DNA of 28,928 bases from an uncultured Chloroflexia bacterium (GTDB lineage Bacteria; Chloroflexota; Limnocylindria; Limnocylindrales; CSP1-4). Location: NCBI GenBank assembly GCA_963752475.1, contig CAVVYR010000023.1:1-28928 (forward strand), given 5' to 3'. The position numbers and the translations under genes are program-made. The notes beneath the pieces were generated by a model. The model ran no database searches and was not told the DNA's origin. It saw only the letters and a program-made list of their open reading frames with translations. The first letter of the stretch is position 1. Every line of letters begins with the position of its first letter. This document shows, in pieces, positions 27,906 through 28,928 of this stretch.

Positions 27906-28147
27906 CACTTGTAGTCAGGCGTCGCTCCTGGCGACGCTATCGACCGACTGGGCCGAACTCGGTCGAACCTGTCGTCCGAGCCGACGGTAGGCCGGCAAGG
28001 CTGGTCGGATCGTCCGCCTCGGCGTTCGCCGGGTTTGCCAGCTATGCCCCTGCACGCTCGGGACCGGCGGCCGATCGTCACGCGATGGCCTCGGTGGTGG
28101 CTACAAGCGAGCCCAGGGTCGATGGGGGCGACCGCTGTCCACAACGG
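27906..28147. repeat. Dispersed intergenic element, copy B (homologous to 18340-18582)
   Basis: Shared blocks CGACGCTATCG, CTATGCCC..CACGCTC, GGTGGCTAC and CTGTCCACA, plus three GTCG-N7-CGAC motifs at matching offsets. Confidence 0.8.
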
Positions 28148-28198
28148 GCGAGGGTCTGCCCTCAAGCCAGCGTGTTGCAGGCACTCCACGAGCTGCTG

Positions 28199-28928
28199 CT
28201 ATCCGCGCCCGGCCGTCCGGATCTTGGCCATCGTGGCGGCCGTTGGCACGAACCGGACCGCATCGAACGCGATGGTGCGACCGCTCGCGGGATCCTCACC
28301 GGTCTGGTCGGTGAGCTGCACGATGGGCGTCCGCGTCAGGCGGTGGACGCCAAGGGCGACCCAGCCTCCGCGGCGCTTCGACTGATCGCGCACGCGCGTG
28401 ACCCAGCCGTCGGCGGTCTTGATCTTGTAGGCCGCCTTCTGTGACGTGGCATGCGGGCCCGGGATGTAGACCTGGACCGCGTACGCGCCCGCCACCGGCA
28501 GTTGCGGCCGCCAAGTGGCCGAGTGCGCTTCGACGTTGTTGCGCACCGGCACGTACCAGTGGTTCGAGGCGAGCCCTGCCGGGCCACGCTGCCAGCCGGT
28601 GCCGAAGCGCTTGAAGCCACCGTCGAGGTCATCGACGCGGACGATCGAGCCAGACATCTCGGTCTGGAGTCGCGGCGGAGCCGGCTCCGGTGTCGCCTTG
28701 GGCGCTGGTCGTGGCGTGGGTGCGGCCTTGGGCTTCGGCTTGGGTTGCGCCGTGGGCGACAGCCCGGAGTCGGTCGACGGCTCGGGTTCGGCTTCCCCGG
28801 CAGGCGCCAGCTGCGTCGGCGCAGGCGCAGGCGTCGCGGTGGGCTGCGGTGTCGTGGTGGGCTGCGTCGCCGCAGGCTCGAGTGTCGGCTTGGGCGTGGG
28901 CTCTGGCGTTTGCGTAGGCGTCGGCCCT
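28199..28928 (-). CDS. Secreted/surface protein fragment: Pro/Thr-rich linker plus C-terminal golvesin/Xly-CBM-like domain (5' end outside the window)
   Basis: VDDLDGGF, ATWRPQLPVAGAYAVQVYIP, A.Y.I, DQS..GGWVALG, IAFDAVRFVP. Upstream PTPTQTPEPTPKPT-type low-complexity linker with frameshifts. Confidence 0.7.
   Translation of the reverse strand, partial: GPTPTQTPEPTPKPTLEPAATQPTTTPQPTATPAPAPTQLAPAGEAEPEPSTDSGLSPTAQPKPKPKAAPTPRPAPKATPEPAPPRLQTEMSGSIVRVDDLDGGFKRFGTGWQRGPAGLASNHWYVPVRNNVEAHSATWRPQLPVAGAYAVQVYIPGPHATSQKAAYKIKTADGWVTRVRDQSKRRGGWVALGVHRLTRTPIVQLTDQTGEDPASGRTIAFDAVRFVPTAATMAKIRTAGRG

Overview
High-GC bacterial chromosomal segment. The gene content and style suggest Chloroflexota or a similar lineage; this is inference only. 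Single-base frameshifts cluster near both ends of the window and at about 9.7-10.3 kb, and look like long-read errors. Left part: a secreted META-domain protein, ppk2, a DAGK-family lipid kinase, a secreted hypothetical protein, a secreted VIT-vWA protein behind an ECF-type promoter, an LLM oxidoreductase, a cupin, a stand-alone B3/4 protein, a coupled DUF985 cupin-PfkB-FGGY kinase unit and an MFS transporter. Middle: a purine-nucleoside-phosphorylase homolog with a heavily rewritten active site, transcribed divergently from a peptide/nickel-family ABC transporter whose second ATPase lies on the opposite strand. Right: a tightly coupled hdrCBA-mvhDGA (group 3c [NiFe]-hydrogenase/heterodisulfide reductase) operon with a maturation protease and a zinc-finger-less HypA, followed by a 5'-truncated golvesin-like domain protein. 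The main non-coding observation is a diverged ~240-bp element present twice (18340-18582 and 27906-28147), each time between convergent genes. It carries three GTCG-N7-CGAC palindromes at conserved spacing and a terminal CTGTCCACA. At least five genes show a -10 box exactly 6 nt before ATG, suggesting leaderless mRNAs.
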